58,928 nucleotides of DNA, taken from the NCBI GenBank assembly GCA_000934665.2, contig JYFJ02002339.1:1-58928 (forward strand). Reading direction: 5' to 3'. The notes beneath the pieces are model-generated. The model was not told the DNA's origin. It made no database searches and saw only the letters and a program-made list of their open reading frames with translations. Source of the stretch: Catajapyx aquilonaris. Lineage: Eukaryota. A program made the translations under genes and the position numbers. Below are positions 33,909 through 49,000 of this stretch, piece by piece (the stretch's first letter is position 1; every line of letters begins with the position of its first letter).

Positions 33909-36900
33909 CTTTCTGCACGTGCTTATTGTGCAATCACAATTAATATTATTTAAAATTATCTGTGAGTAGTCGCTTTCTCTGTGATGCCGTGTTCAATTTT
34001 AATTGGGCAGCTTTTGCATCAAAGTAACTAGATATTCGATTTGTCTGGCTGCCACTGAAAGCTTCTAGAAATGTGACAGTAAATAAGATATAAAATCAAT
34101 AACTGTGGATCAATAATTTTATTACCTTTGGAAAACTGGCATTTCTTATCAGCTTTCCAAAGGCAGTTCAGTTGTGTGGAGTCAAAAAATAATATCCCGT
34201 TAATAAAAGTATAGTGCACTGCCCTGTCGGCTATAGACATAGGAATAACGGCATATAACCCGACTATATCCAGGCTTGGACGGTGTGCTACTAACTACAT
34301 GCACACCACTTCAAAAAAAAATTAATACATTGTTTCTATTGGAATACGAGGGCAAACTACAGGATTATCCGTCGCATCGGATGAGTGCGTTTTGAGAGTC
34401 GCATATAGTCGGCATGCCGCCGAATAGCGAGCACTTCAACGCTATGATTCGATTTCACACCAATTTTTTAAAAAAATTATAAGCAGCATTTGCACCCCCA
34501 CCAGGCTGCAGACCATCGTGTTTCGAAATTGTTCAACTCTATATATGAATTCATATCCAGCAGCATCGAATTTTGGGATAGCCTGGGAAGGTCCTGTTTT
34601 TATTATTCTTTTTTCTCCCCCAATAGCGATTAATGCGAATCTTTCACGCACTTTAGGCCACGTGCGTGCCCTCATCATGCTGTCGGCCATCTTGGTTCCA
34701 GCTGACGGACAATGGCTTCTGGCGAAAACGCATGTTGCGAGTCACGCGAAGTGTCCGAGCCAATCCCGACGGCTATTTTTACCAAGGCGGCTGGCCATTT
34801 ATATCTATAGTGAGCTGTTTGTGTGTGTCTGCAAAAAAAAAAAGCCACAGAGTTTGAACTCTTCCAAGAGCGTTGACCAAGCCTGTTGACCCCGCTGTCA
34901 CAGCAGACCGTGACGTTTTAATAAACAAAGGATGTGACCCGCCTTGTGAGGTTCACTTGATTCAATCCTGAGCTTTGTGGTTGTCGGCTTGTCGCTTCTA
35001 ATAACTGATAAGCAGGGTAATTAACTTAGTTCCAATAATAATTTGGTGACTTATTATTAGCGGGTAATTAAGGCTACACCCATTGTTAGGAGGAAATTTT
35101 TTAAAAAAGTTGTGTTAAACATCGACTATTATTTAAAAATCTGTCCCGTAGGACCTGAGCTGGGAAGCAAATTTTTCGCCCACCTTCCTAATGTAATTAC
35201 TAATTTGGCACTGCAGCAAAATGCAAATGAAGCAAAGTGAATATTTCGTGCCTTCCTGCTTTATAAGGAAGCTCCCCAATTATTATTATTACCAGAACTA
35301 CGGCCGGTGAGCTACATTAGGAAATATTTAAGTGCTGCTTGCTTTGTACTTGAAATGAAATACCTGCCAATTCATATAAAGTGATCGCATATTTGCAATA
35401 ATTGATAGGCTGCATGATAAAATTATGCAGATAAAGGTTTCAAAATTCACAAATAAATTCGCCAAATAAAATGGCTATATTGCACATGCATTTGAGACAT
35501 TGCATCGTTCGCTTCGAGAATGCATTTTGCGACATTATCTTCCAGACATTCCAGAGCAGCATTTGACTTTTTCAAAACCGCCTTAGAATGGGACGCAACA
35601 GTTCTCACTTTGCATAAAGACCTCTCAAACTTTCCTGATTCATGAGAGGTGTATAAAGTTTGGGTGTATGGTTCGAGAACGACTTTATTCCGCGATATAT
35701 TCCGAACATTTGGAAAAGGCCCGGGTCCAACTCGCGGTATATAAATCGATCTAAATCAAATGAGCGGGCTGTAAAAGTGACTTTCAGGATGCTCTTTTTT
35801 TTCTTTGGTGGCAGCAGCATCGCGACGTGAGTTGCGACCGACTCTTATATGATCCTGATCCAGCATCTTTCCATCCCATATTTTATATATAATTTTTTAT
35901 ATATATTTTTGATCCTTCATGCGGTGAGGCTCCGGGTAGCAATTTAACTGTCAAGGTCTAAGCTGGAAAGGCTGCAGCACAAACCTCGGCTATCAGATAA
36001 TGAGAAAATAAACGTCATCGAAGGTGGGCCCGATCTGCTGGGGTGGAGAAGACTACTCTGCTGCAGAGACGACATCTGCAATTGGTTTCTCCAAACCTTT
36101 GGCAATATCTGGCTCCATCTTTCCAGACTGCAGTAAAAAGGAGATTATCACTTTGGGGCTTTCAAACTTTGAAGAAACGAGCCTTTGAAATGTTATGATG
36201 TCGACATATTTTGTGCTAGAAAAACTTACTAAAATTATTAATATATTATTGGTTATGTTCAAATGCGGGTGCTTGCTGTGACATTGTAAATTGCGGTTTT
36301 ATTTGTCATTGGAAAGCGGTTTTGTAGTTTCCGGCTGCCAAGCATGAACCTGCCGCTATTATATTAACTAATTAGGAGAAAGTTAGCCAATTAGGGGGGC
36401 ATTTTGGCAACCCAACTTTTATGCCGTTGTGTACACAAAGCGCAAACTATACGATCAACCGACGCGTTTAAAAAATTAAATAACACGTGTAAAATAATGA
36501 GCGCCAGTGGAATAGCGGGGACAGTGAAAACACAGCAATTCACTTGTATAATTTGTCTGCCTACAAAAATAATGACCATCCGCTGACTGCCGCTTCTTCG
36601 GCTCAATGTTTAACGTGTCCCATACACTATTTACAGGCCACCCTTGCATTGTTGATGACCTCGAAACGCGTGGTTGACCCGGACTGACACTATCTTTAAC
36701 CACAGATGCAGCTGCAATCGCATGTCCGTTGACCTCCTAACCCATGCTGACCGCACTTGTCTGTTGGTCACTCCAGGCTTTTACACTACATAAATGATCA
36801 ATGACCCTCCTTTTTTTGGTAGTGCTGATAGTTGCTACAGGATGAGTCGCAACTGCCAAATCGGAAAGTTGTGACTCACCCTGTATGAGCTATTATTTTT

Positions 36901-39900
36901 CTTGGCTATCACGTTTCTGTTCCTGTGAGAGGAAGGAAATCCCATCGCCCCGGAAAAGGTCTGCCCATTTTCATTGCAACCCTCGCAACCATGACTTATG
37001 ATTGCAGGTAGCAGAGGTGACAGGTCAACCACCCCACCCTCAGCTTTTCCAACCCCCCCCCCCCCCTTTTTNCCCCCCCCCCCCCGCAACATCTGAAGCT
37101 GATCTGTTTTAGCCTCGCCCCCCAAAAAACTGAGGAAAGCGGAAATAAATCTTCAAAGTGAACGGCGCAAAAAGAGAGAAAGAAGAAGAAGAAAAAAAAT
37201 GGCTGAGAAATCGGTCCATGATTTTGTAATTAATTTGATTCCATTGGTCGACCAACTTGAAAGTTTTTGAGCCTTGGAGGAATTGCACTTGGCTTTGTGA
37301 AATTATACGGCTCCAGTTCTGCTACCTATACGCTAATTTACTTGAGATTTTTTTATATGTACGAAGATTGTGCAAAGGTGCTTTCAGAATCTTCAGACAT
37401 TTTGCGAATTGCCCGTAAGCATTTTTTTGGGGCGAATTTTCCAAGTTGTTGACCCAGTTTGGCCTCCAGGTAAAAATAAGGGTTTATTATATATATATAT
37501 TTTTTGGCTGAGTTCAAAAATCAATTTCGAGAAAGTTTATAGTACCAAACATGTTTTTGATTATTGGGAGGATTAAAACAGCTTGAGGCTAGATTGGAAA
37601 ATTCAAAACAATTCATATGTTATTAAAATCGAGTTTGAAATGTCCAACGGACTACGAAAGTTTGGTTGTCCTCAGGCAGACTTTTGGAAGCGGAATTTTC
37701 ACAAATGATTTAATACAAAAAAATCTGCGATATTTTATACTTGACAATCTCAGAAAGGTGCTTATTTGCGAAACACCCTGTGAACCAAACATGCGATGGT
37801 GTTTGGCGAAAACTGGAGGCACAGGAATGATTACGACGACTTACTGGAGCTTGTCAGGCGGGATTTGCAATCGTCCATTCAAGCTTCGCGAATATTGGAG
37901 TGCTCTTTTTTCGCATTCCCTCTACTACCCTATACCCTGGTGGCCAAGCGACGTTACGCATGGTGAGATAGCCCAATGCTAGTGTTAATTTCAAGCATGA
38001 GCTCTGTCGGCGGACGAGGTAAACAGACCCATACCGTACGAGTCCCTGCAATACTTTAGAGTGAAACAAATGTTCCTGGCGCGTGACAAAGAGCTTATTT
38101 ACAAGACAAATAATCTGGCAATCATCATAAATCAGCGGCAGGGGGTAATCACCTTTAACATGTTATGCCGTGGAAGTTTACAGCCGTCAAATGCGGGTCT
38201 CACGCGAGAGAGAGAGCGCCCGTTCATAAAAGGTGCTGGAACTAACAGCAGGATATTTTTATAGTGTAGAAGCAGTTAAGTATTTTTTTGCACATAATAA
38301 TCGGATAGAGTGACAGCATTTTCCCTATTCAGACCAAATTAGCAGGAAGTCTTCCGGTTGTTGACAGAACTGGCGATTGGAGAGGTGTGTTTTGTGTCTT
38401 GTAGTCAAATGAATTATTGCGCGCCAAACTTGACACAAAGATGGATAAATCAATATAAGGTTGCACGAATACAATTCACAGAAGTTTCTAGGTGTTAACT
38501 GTTGACAGATAATCAATTCCAGCATCTTATTTATTGACACTGATAATTTTTTTTAAATGTTTTAAAATGTATCTTTAGAGGCCCACATTGTTGTTTCTCC
38601 ACAAATAATTCATTCCCAGTTCTATTACCTCCACCATACTAAATTGGCGGTGGGACGCACTCATAAAAAAAATCTGCGCCTTGGCGAGGAGGCTTATAAT
38701 TGGCATAAATAGTGCATCGGAACGAGGCGGAATCAAATTTCTGGTCCCTGGAAGGCGCGAGGATGAATTTGATGGCAGGCCTCCGGGATGTTGCGAGCTG
38801 GGGAAGGCTTATTATCCCGGGCAAAAACATGCGCCGAGGTGCATAATGGTGCCCAGGTGGGAATTTTGGGTGAATCTATGCCACCGGACAGACACCCCCT
38901 AAAAATAGAGAAAAAAAATTAAAAATCCGGGACCTAGGCATCCCCCGGATTCTCTCATCTTGGATGCTGGCGCTTTGAAATTAACAGGCGTCCGTGTTAA
39001 CGTCTGTCAGTTTCTAGACCGCTGTTCCCCTTGAGGCGCGTCTCAGATGTGATCTGTCAGGACTGAAGCAAACTCTTCTAGAGCCGGTTTTAATTAGGAA
39101 TCCCCCTCCCCACTAGAGTTGGGAGCATTTGTGCAAATGAGCTTTATTTTTTTTATAGTTCTGACTCGCACCGGTGCAAAGTTGGGAACTAATATTACTG
39201 GAGAGTTACCCAGCCGAAAATTCGATCCGGTGTTGGAAAGGTCCGTACGTGATCAGAATTGGGGGGGCCCGGTTCGATCTCCAGAACCGAGAGAGAGAGA
39301 GAGCCCCATAATGTTTATTACACGTCAAGTAAATGCAATTCATATCAGTTATGGGTCAGTGGAGGAACATAAACAGGGGGCCTGGGCGGCAATGGCGAGC
39401 TTTGACTGATAGAGGCTGTCTGCCTCTGGGCTTTTGTTATGACAGCCAGTCGATGGGACGACCTGTCACACGCATCGTGTTTTTTTAATGCTCTTCCCTA
39501 CCCCCATGTCACATACATAACCTGACCCCCCTTCAGTACTCGTCTTTCTGCAGTGGAATTTCATTTCGCTCGGGGAAATTTCCGGAATCTGGCCCTCCCT
39601 TTTTATATGGTACTCTTAATGTGTTATGAAGCTGTTCTATGTATGGACAGGGAGTAATATTTGGTAGTTAGAGTACATGCTGCTGTATTTTTTTAGATGA
39701 GTAAAACATTTTTTTGAGGATTAGTCATAAAATGAGTGAATGGATCATTTGCAGTCGCAGTACTGTACAGTATCAAAGGCTGAATGTTGGAGCCCCTGCA
39801 TGTCTCGCAATAATTAGCGTGCTTCTTGTAAGGACTGCAAGAAAGCTGTGTGCAGACACATCAAAGGGGTTCTGCTGCGGTACATAATGCAGCGTTGGTG

Positions 39901-42720
39901 TAATTACGTCTCATTATTTTATACCCCCCTCCTCCTCCTCCTTTGATAGTGGGTTGCTTTTGTCAATGAATCTAATTAGAATTGCAAATCACTGCCAAAT
40001 GCAACTCCGTCAGAATATGCTTCTGGATAATATTCCAGCAAATCTTGCGTGAATTTTATTTTACTCAAATTGTTAATTTGTAACATTGAAAAACTGTTCT
40101 CATTATTGCATTTCAGTCGATTTCAGTTGTGGGGAGAAGCAACTCTGTTGGTGCTGCAGCAACAATGTTTCCCAACTATACCCCCCCACATACTTACCGC
40201 AGGTAATAGTGTGTAGGGTTTGCGTTCCTTGCATTCTGGATGTGGGAGGCTGGACTCTCTGACAAAGTTGAGCAGGAGCCAGCCCCCTGGCCACAATGGA
40301 AAAGCATGATCATTAGCTTTTCCAGCAGGCCATATCGCTCGGGTTATTGCGCATGAACCCTCGTGCGGCCCACCGCCAAATTGTCCAAGTAGTGTTTTCG
40401 AATACGGTGGGACGCACCCCCTTCAAAGAGGAATGCACGTTGCCTTGCTAACAGATTGTTATGCTCAAATATGATGGGGACGGGATGCCCCCGTACTTCC
40501 AAACCTATGTGGGGTGTTGCCCGGATTGCGAATATCTGCGACGAAATGGTGTTTGGCAATTCAGGTTCTACTAGTGCCAAAAATTTAGCAAAGTGACAAT
40601 CAAACAACTATAATGCTCCAATTTACCACATAGTACTATTATTCACGCATAGATGGCGCATACTCCCTCTGCACACTCATGCCACCTTCAGGTCTGCGAG
40701 AGATAACGATACTATCAGGTTGGACAAACATCTGACGGAGAGAATAAGCCTGATAGAAAAGAAAGTCCTGCTGATGAGTAAGGCGACTCAGATATGGGTA
40801 TAACAAGCATGATGTTGCTTTGTTTATTTTTTTTTTTAAAAAAGAGTAGACGTATATGAAACCTGCAAATTATGCACATACATTCGGCCTGAAAATGACG
40901 TAAGAATGATGCAACTAACATACTGTTGGTGTCCAGCACAAATTAATGCATCCAAACGGTTGTGATATATTTGACCAGCTATTAATGATCATGTGATTTG
41001 TAGAGATAGGGTCCAACGGGCGTTATCGCATGTTATCTGAGATAAGAGGAAAATTGTGGAAGTTCCGATGCAGCGATAGGGCACAGTGGCCCACATATCA
41101 TGTCATTCACTGCATACATGGCCCAATCCATACGTGCCATGGCAGCATGTTGCTGATGGGGTTCGTAAAAACAGTACTGCATTATTTTTGTTCTGAAGTT
41201 ACACTCCAATATATAGGCCAGGATTTGACGGCCGCCATCTAGTGATCTAGTGTTGTCATATTATCGCGACTCGCAACTCAAAGAGTAACGAACGTATTTG
41301 TCACAGGTCGAGAGGGTGGGAGGGGGGGGGGATTACGAGTGACAAAGATAAAATAGGCAGGGAGATGTATAAAAGGCTGGGTTTCTAAGGGAGTATTGGG
41401 AAATGTGAGGAGGAGGAAGGTATAGTGCGTGATGATTAATGCATGATTAATGCGTGCGGTGCTGCGAGCGCACGTGGCTTCTAAATAAATCTAGTCGAGA
41501 GGGTCACGGAAAATGCACGCCTGTCACCTCCCTCACGCGCACGCTTTTTCTCTCTCTTCTCGCTTTTTTTTCTCTCTCTAGTTCGTTCGTTGCATATACA
41601 TTTCAAACGCCTAAACCAGGCTTAGAGGCAGCCTCATGTTTTCTGTAGGCTTTAATGTCGCGTGAAACACTTTCATCCCGACTGATGGAAAAACGTGGAC
41701 CGGAATAGAAGTGCGTGCCATTATGCTGTAATTGAATACACGAGATGAGAGACAGAATTTTTTTCCCCCACGTAAACTTCTGGAGTGCACATATTCGCAG
41801 AGGTTAGCAAAAATTGTGAACTGATTTGAATTAATATCGCACATCAGTGTCTTTAGTGTCTGTTTAATATCATAACTTGTTTTCATTGCGAATTCGCTTT
41901 TTTTCAATATTTTTTGGGGGGTGAGGAGTTTACAGTGTTGCTGATTTACTACCGACATAAAAACTGGATTTTTACGTGGCAATAGTCACCATAAATACAG
42001 ACGGGGGCCAAGCTCATGCCCTCTCTCGCACGAAGCAGCTTATATGCAAACATAACTCGCACGCATAAACCCCGCAACTTAAATTAGGTTCAAGTTCTTA
42101 CTCCTAAACAAGCCATTCCAGGTTTAGTCCTATCCAAAATTGCATGATTTACCCTTTCTCTCTCTCCTCTTCATCCGTATCACAATTTTTACGGCATATT
42201 CCTTAACTTCATGGGTTATGAAAGTTAGCTTGAGGTCAATAACTCCAGGCATTAAATGTGGGTGGTTGGGTGGTACCTCCCAAAAAAAAGAAGTATATAT
42301 AGGGCCAGATGAGTGAGAAGGGATGGGATTGAACCGAAATCCTTTTCCTGGGGCCAGCCAACAGCTGCGAGAAATTTATTCCCTTTTCCCCCTGGGGGAG
42401 GGAGACTCGTGCATTTCTGGTCCTCGCAGTTTCTGAGAGGCATTGAAGTTAATGCGTCTGCAGCCGCTTCTCGCAACTTTCCCTCCCCCAGTTACCTAGC
42501 GGTGACACCAACTGCGACAAAGTGTAAGAAAAACTCTTGCTCGACTTGATACGCATTAAAACTAGTCTCAAAGGATTTTCCATACGACGCGACGCAACAT
42601 GTACAGAGATGATGAAACATAACTTTTTTTTAATAAAAAAATATGCGTACATTAAAAACTTGAATGCAAATTTTGAAAATTTGTAGCGAAAATACAGGGT
42701 GCCTCTAATGTCAGGACATA

Positions 42721-43045
42721 CAGGGTGTTTCAACTTTTTTGTCTGAATAGTTATCGGAAAATTGCACGTAGCTGCTACTTTGTAAGCAGTGACTTGTAAA
42801 CTGTGATTTTTCGGAGGAACGGGGAATATTCCCTGCGTATATCGTAGGATGAAGTGGCATACGTGCTGCCATCTGAAAATTGGGGGTCAAGCCAGGAAAA
42901 AAGAGGGTCACACATGACATGGGATGTGCGACCCTCTTTTTCCCCATTCCCCAGACAAATCACCGGTTGCAAGTCACTGCTTACAAAGTAGCAGCTACGT
43001 GCAATTTGCCGAGAACTGTTCGGACAAAAAAGTTGATACACCTTG
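42721..43045. mobile_element. Tc1/mariner-type MITE with ~90-bp TIRs and TA TSD
   Basis: TA|CAGGGTGTTTCAAC...AATTGCACGTAGCTGCTACTTTGTAAGCAGTGACTTG matches the reverse complement of 42957-43045|TA. Further CAGGGTG/CACCCTGTA ends at ~42695 and ~43251 suggest nesting in another MITE. Confidence 0.8.
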
Positions 43046-46000
43046 TATAGGTAATTGGATTGTATACTGTTGGTTTCCAGCTCTGCCAATCCATTAAGAC
43101 AGATTTTTTTCCCACCCAAACTTCTGGAGGGTTGACAGTCAATAAAGAATAAGTTTTCACAGTTAGTATAACTGGCAACCAACAATGCAATTTAATTACC
43201 AGTGTATCCAGACCATGTATATTGATATAAAATCCACAAGAATTGCGGATCACCCTGTATTAATCAACCAAAAAAAACTTCATATATGCCACAATATTAA
43301 TGCGATATGTTTGAAGCCCCGTTATCTCCGGAGACAAAATGACATGTCCTCACAAAATTAACCTCTAGTGTCCAGAAAGTTTGTTGGATCATTATACGAC
43401 ATGCTGTACAAGGCCCGAGAGTCGTAGGGAAAATCCGGATGTGAACTTTTTTTTTTAAAGCAGAAGTTGGGAAAAATTGCGACCGTTTTTTTTTTTGTGC
43501 GTGAACTTTCGTGTAAACTGATACATGGGCCCCATCTCTTCAGAGAATGGGGTGGGGGCCTGGGGGCACACGGGGGGTGCTTTCAGTTGCGCGAAAGGGG
43601 AGGGGGGGGAGAGAGGTGTGATGGAAGTTAGGTGCTCTCTTGTTTTTGGGCCCGGGTCCAGAGGTTATTCGGTTACAAGGACTGAGTGCCTTGTGGCAGA
43701 TACTTTGCACGATTGCAATATTTGGGCTTCTGTTCTGTCAGGGAATCCCTCAATTCCGTGGGGCTACAAATGCCCCTGAAGGAAGAGAAGTATATATATA
43801 AAAAAAGAGAATGCATTGTGTGCGTATCGATTTGCTCTGTCCGTGACGCTTTTATGAAATCATGATTTGTTTTATTACAATACGGCACGGTGTGTATGAA
43901 TAATATAGGCAGATATCAGGTGACATGGTTGTATAGGAGAAATATTTGCACCTGTTGGGTGTTGGGCGTTAATGAGATACGAACAGTTTCAATAAGTGTA
44001 TTGTTTCCTGCCGTGAAATTTTTTTTGTACAAAGGGTTGAAGACAATAGGTCTATTATGTAAAGGTATCACAAAAATTGGGATAAGATTACGGTGGGGCT
44101 TTTCATTGTCATTAATTACCAAATCAAAAATACTGTATGTTTTACTGTGTATAAAAATACACAAGGTGTGTAACAGTCTTAAATACAAATATCTACTTTT
44201 GAACTAAATCCTTTCAAATTGCAAGAAAATCTCATTGTTATTGTGGGAAACAGGACGACGAGTACTGCACTGTGAGCTATAAAACCTGTTCAAGAATAAT
44301 ATTCTCTCGTCACATGCTATGGACTCTGAAATTTGTTACTAGAATTATCCGAAAGTAGGTCACAGTGTACTGTTTTAATCTGTAAAAATAATTCAACGAG
44401 GCATATTATTTAAAAAAGGCAGAACTTGCCAACTGCCTGCGGTTGATTTTTACATATATACCTACCCTACCTGTAACATGTTCGGCGTATTGGAAATCGG
44501 GATTACAAGGTAGTAACTGTACGACTCGAGGGAAATTTTTAAACATTGCCTACCACTATGTAGGACGAGCAATAAGCAGGCAACCTGTTTAAATACAGTA
44601 TATGTTGCCAATGTTGAATATCGTTGGCCAGATATTTTCCTTAATGTATAGGCGTGGTTCTTCCTCTTTGTTCCGGTGTCTATCAGCAGTGGGCGTCGTC
44701 TACGAAAAAAAGACATGTTTGTGTGCCCCACGGTTTTTTTTTTTTTTTACTTTTCAAACCCCCCGTCTAACCAACCCAACCCACCAAACCAGCGATAAGC
44801 GCCGGGTCTATATTCCTTTCGCCGCTAATTAAATCCAGTTGGATTAATTCTGTAATGGCCGCCTCCTCTTCCGGATCGGAACTCTGCACGCTGCTTGTTT
44901 GCTGGATGACGCCAAACCACCAACAATGAGGCCAAACTCTTTCACGCCATTTCCGTCACGGATCCGTGAAATTCGTAATCATGTCCTGGATCCTCTGGGA
45001 CCTTCCCGTCACGTACTCAACATTATGATAACAATGCAATGAAAACAATGAAATTAAATATATTCGTATTACAGGGATTCGGAAGCAAATGTGCAATTTT
45101 TGCACAATCCACTGAGCTTTGCAGTTGGTTATGCTTTTTAAATGTGGCTAAACCCAGTAATTAAAAATTAAGCACTCCCAAGTAAGTGCACTCCAGATGA
45201 AAGTTAGGAGTGCAAACTTTGCACCTGCTGGACAAATAGTTTACCATTAGAGCCCTGATATTATAAATGTTAACTAGAAGGTGTATCAGCTGAATTATAT
45301 ATGTTTTCTTAGCGATTTTTTTTGGCTCGAATCACATATTAAAAAGTAATTAATTGCTAATACTCTGAATCATACCGAAACACCCTGCATTGGCAGACGA
45401 CGTGTTTAATTTAGGTTGTCGACAGTTTCCCCCCAACTCGTGGTAATAGGCTTACCCTAATTCTCAGTCGTCCATTGGTGCATGCAACGAAACTGCTACA
45501 CACTATTAAGGGGAGGGCCAAAATACAACTTATTTCAAGAGCAAGTTTGATCGACATGGTTCGTAATTAGATGCGACCATGTAACGCGGGGGTGTGTGGC
45601 TCGATACTGCTTAAATATTTGTGGTTCCTTCCTAGAGAGAGTGGGGTTTCCCTCCCCCCCACCACCATCCGAAAAGGAGATGGCCGGAACAACCTTTGCC
45701 GACCCGGGTCTCCACTTGTCTTGTGTCAACGTGAGTCGGGGCCAGAGAGCCGGCGGTTTTCCTTCCCAAGAAAAGGATGATAGCACTTGTGTCTGCTTAC
45801 GTAAGCGGAGCAATCTTGAGCCGCCTTATAATTTCGGAGGGATGCGCTTAGGAGATAGGCTTTTAGAAACGGGCCATATTTCAATGGCTCTCTTGCTCCG
45901 GCAGAAATTGCATTACGTTATGGCTCTTCCAGCCTCGTTAATGCTCCATCCTCTCTTTAATGCATGGTTTTTTTTCTTCTTCAAAATTTACGTTTACTTA

Positions 46001-49000
46001 TTTACTGTTTATCTAGTGTCTCTGATGTTGTAACAAGGCGGAGAGAATTAGATCCTGTTTCGGTTCGTTTGCTTTTAGGTATTGGTCCCTGTTCCTCTTT
46101 TTTTTTTCTTCTCCCCTCCTGTGCAGAGAGAGCTAAGAGATATTTCATGTCCTTTCTACTTCTGATTCATTTCCCATTCGAAGAGGTTCATGCTTAGAAA
46201 GAGAATCGCATTGGTTCCCTTGAATAAAACACTGGGAAAAGTTTGTACTCCATGCGCCGACTTCAGTCTCACTTCGACATTATTGAGTAGCCCAAGGGAA
46301 AATGGCCTACTGCATATCAAGCACCGGGGGTTCACATTTCCTCCACCTGCAAGAAGTCCAGATATCAATATTGCGCCCAGGAATTTTAATTTTAACTGCA
46401 TAAACTTGAATCTCCCGGTCTCTTTGTGCACTATCAGAAAATGCAAGTTGCATCGACCCTACTATGCAAACTAAAGACAATAGGTACACTTCTATGAGAG
46501 CGACACATGCTGTTATCTCCTACTTACTTTTTTTTCCTCCAACGAAACGACCTTTTTCTTTACTTACGTGCTTCGGAACATTACAACCCAGCATGACACC
46601 CCTTTTCTCCCTCCCCAGAAGAGTGAAATATGCACAACAAGCCCCCTTCTGTAATTTAATTTTCCCGCAGTAAACTTATCATTACCACTCCCCTGGAGGT
46701 CTCAATTAATTAACAGAGTTGTGCACGTTGCAACCTCCCCCTTCAAAATCGGTCCCCAGGGTATGTCCATCCAAGTTGGATGACCCAGTGCCCTTGTGAA
46801 AAAAGTATGCAAGTGGACTTTTGGCGACTACTGTATAATATAGAGTATAGGACGAAAAGACTAGCGTATATTTCGCCCCCCCCTCTTCTCCCTCTGGGGG
46901 GTCCTAGTCTGCTGTCCCAGTCTATAAATTACGCGTCCATTATAGGTGGATGGGAAAGCCGGGGTGGCACATTTCGCATGTAGGGAGAGAGCTATTTTAG
47001 GCTAGAGAGTGGTCTATTCCGTCGCATATTTCACCTCATATGCGCCCGAAAAAAAGGAGGTCCATTCCCTCCTAGACGTATGTGTAGGGGGGGGCATTTT
47101 ATGAACAATTTCGAGACTCTAAAAAGACCGTTCCTATGCCAGAGAGAGCTCAAGTTGGTTTGCATTGTTTCGAAGGATTCTGAGACTAAAATCTTGGGGA
47201 GTTCGAGTAATGATGTGGCGGTTGCATTCATTTTTAGGAGAAGCTCAAATGTGGCCATTATAGGCAGAAGAGGTTTCTCATGTTCCGATAATTTATTTAT
47301 GCAAATATTTTTTTCTCTCTCTGTGATTGACAACTTTATGATAAATGAGAGGTGGGGCCATAACTCCAAATCTATGCGGCAGGTGCGAGGTATAATCTGT
47401 ATCAATTAGGAATCCTGGAGGCCTTGGATTTTGTGCGGAAGGTAAGCCCTGGCGTGGAAATCCAAGCGAACGATTCGGTTCGGTTTATAAATTGAGTTGG
47501 AAGCCTTTTGGGAGGAGGAGGGTTGGGGGTGGTAAGGCTGACGAAGAAAAAGGAGGGGTATATAGAGGAGGGGGTTAAAAAGAAACGGAGGGGGCGATGC
47601 TATTCGTTTCCTAATTCGGATGGAAGTCTGCAGTGCCCCCTCCTCCGTGGTGCTCCCCAGACACCACCTCAGCCAGACAGGTAAAGGAAAACGATCAATA
47701 TTCGGATGTCTCTAACCGGGTTTAATTTAGACACTTGGACCATGCAGCCTCCCATTTTGCCTGTCCCTGCAAAGCTCCAGCCCTGTTCCCTCGCGGGAAA
47801 TTAGCTTTTTTTACTTCTTTTTTTTGGAAGGCTTCTTTTTTCCATCTATCCTCGAGTTGTTCCTTCTCGTCATGAGCTCCCACCTTTTATTCTTGCAGTA
47901 TATACACTCCAGGCTGCAATAGACTCAAATGTGCACAGTGCTCGTAACAGTACTGCTAATGTGAAAGAACAGAAGGAATGTCTGGGAGATGTGGAAGCTA
48001 CAGTGTGCTGGGCTGTTGCAGGCAGAATTTATAAAACTGCATAGAATCAGTGTGGTTCTATTTTGAACATTTCCTTTTAATGTACTGCACTTTGAGGTTC
48101 TGGATATATTGTTATGTTCTCTCTCAATACTATCCGACTCTTCAGTTAACTAGTCGCAAAATATTGGCAGCACTGCTTGGCCCACCCCCTAACTTCGACG
48201 GTAGACCATTACTTAGTTGGCCAATCTGCACATTCCTGCCATCTCTCAGGGAGAAAGACATGCACGTTGGTGATGAGTCATTGCGCGGACAAAGTCCACC
48301 AGGGCGCTATACTATACTGTGTCCTCTAATATCATTGTACGGGGAAAGTGAAAGCTATGGTAACTACGTGATGATCTGTACATGAGATTTCAAATAAATT
48401 GTGTAAACTTGGCTGACCATATCAATCATAAACGATGCAATTGTCGAGAGTGTTGCTTGTTGCTCTCAACATATTCATGCTTTTGAACCTTGCATCAATC
48501 CTATACTGTATATACAGCCCACACTCTCATAACGTTAATGGACAGGGCCATCGCGACACAACTTTTTTCCCCTGCTTCTTTCCTTCTGGACGCTCCTCAC
48601 AATCAAGCTTTGTTGTGCAACTTGTGCTCTTCGAAGTGCAAGGTTTAGATGGGGATGGGGGGAGGTGGATGGGAGGCAAAGGCAGTCCAAAATGAAATTC
48701 GGGGAAGTGGACGGGGGAGGTCTTGGGGTTCACATCGTCTCTTTTCCTTTTCTGTCGAGGCCTCGTGGCCTGATGGTGATGGATTACATCGGAGGCTCCC
48801 AGTCCTGCTCCATTCCTCCTCCTCCTCCATATACCCGAAGAAGAAGCGCCCATCCATGCCTGCTGCTGAGTGCTGCCTGCTAAGGGGGATTGGTTAACCA
48901 CTAATGCTCGCCCAAGACATTAGGGATTAGCAATTAAAATACGGGGGGGGGACACCCCCCCTCCTCCACCCTCCGATTCGGCGCGGAAGAGAGAAAAGGC

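Noticed and set aside
39400..39460. TATGACAGCCAG, similar to the miR-2 family; also AATCACAGCCA on minus near 51550
   Set aside because: Seed or 3' mismatches and poor hairpin geometry.
40772..40795. CTGATGAG followed by a short stem (hammerhead-like)
   Set aside because: The required GAAA core after stem II is absent.
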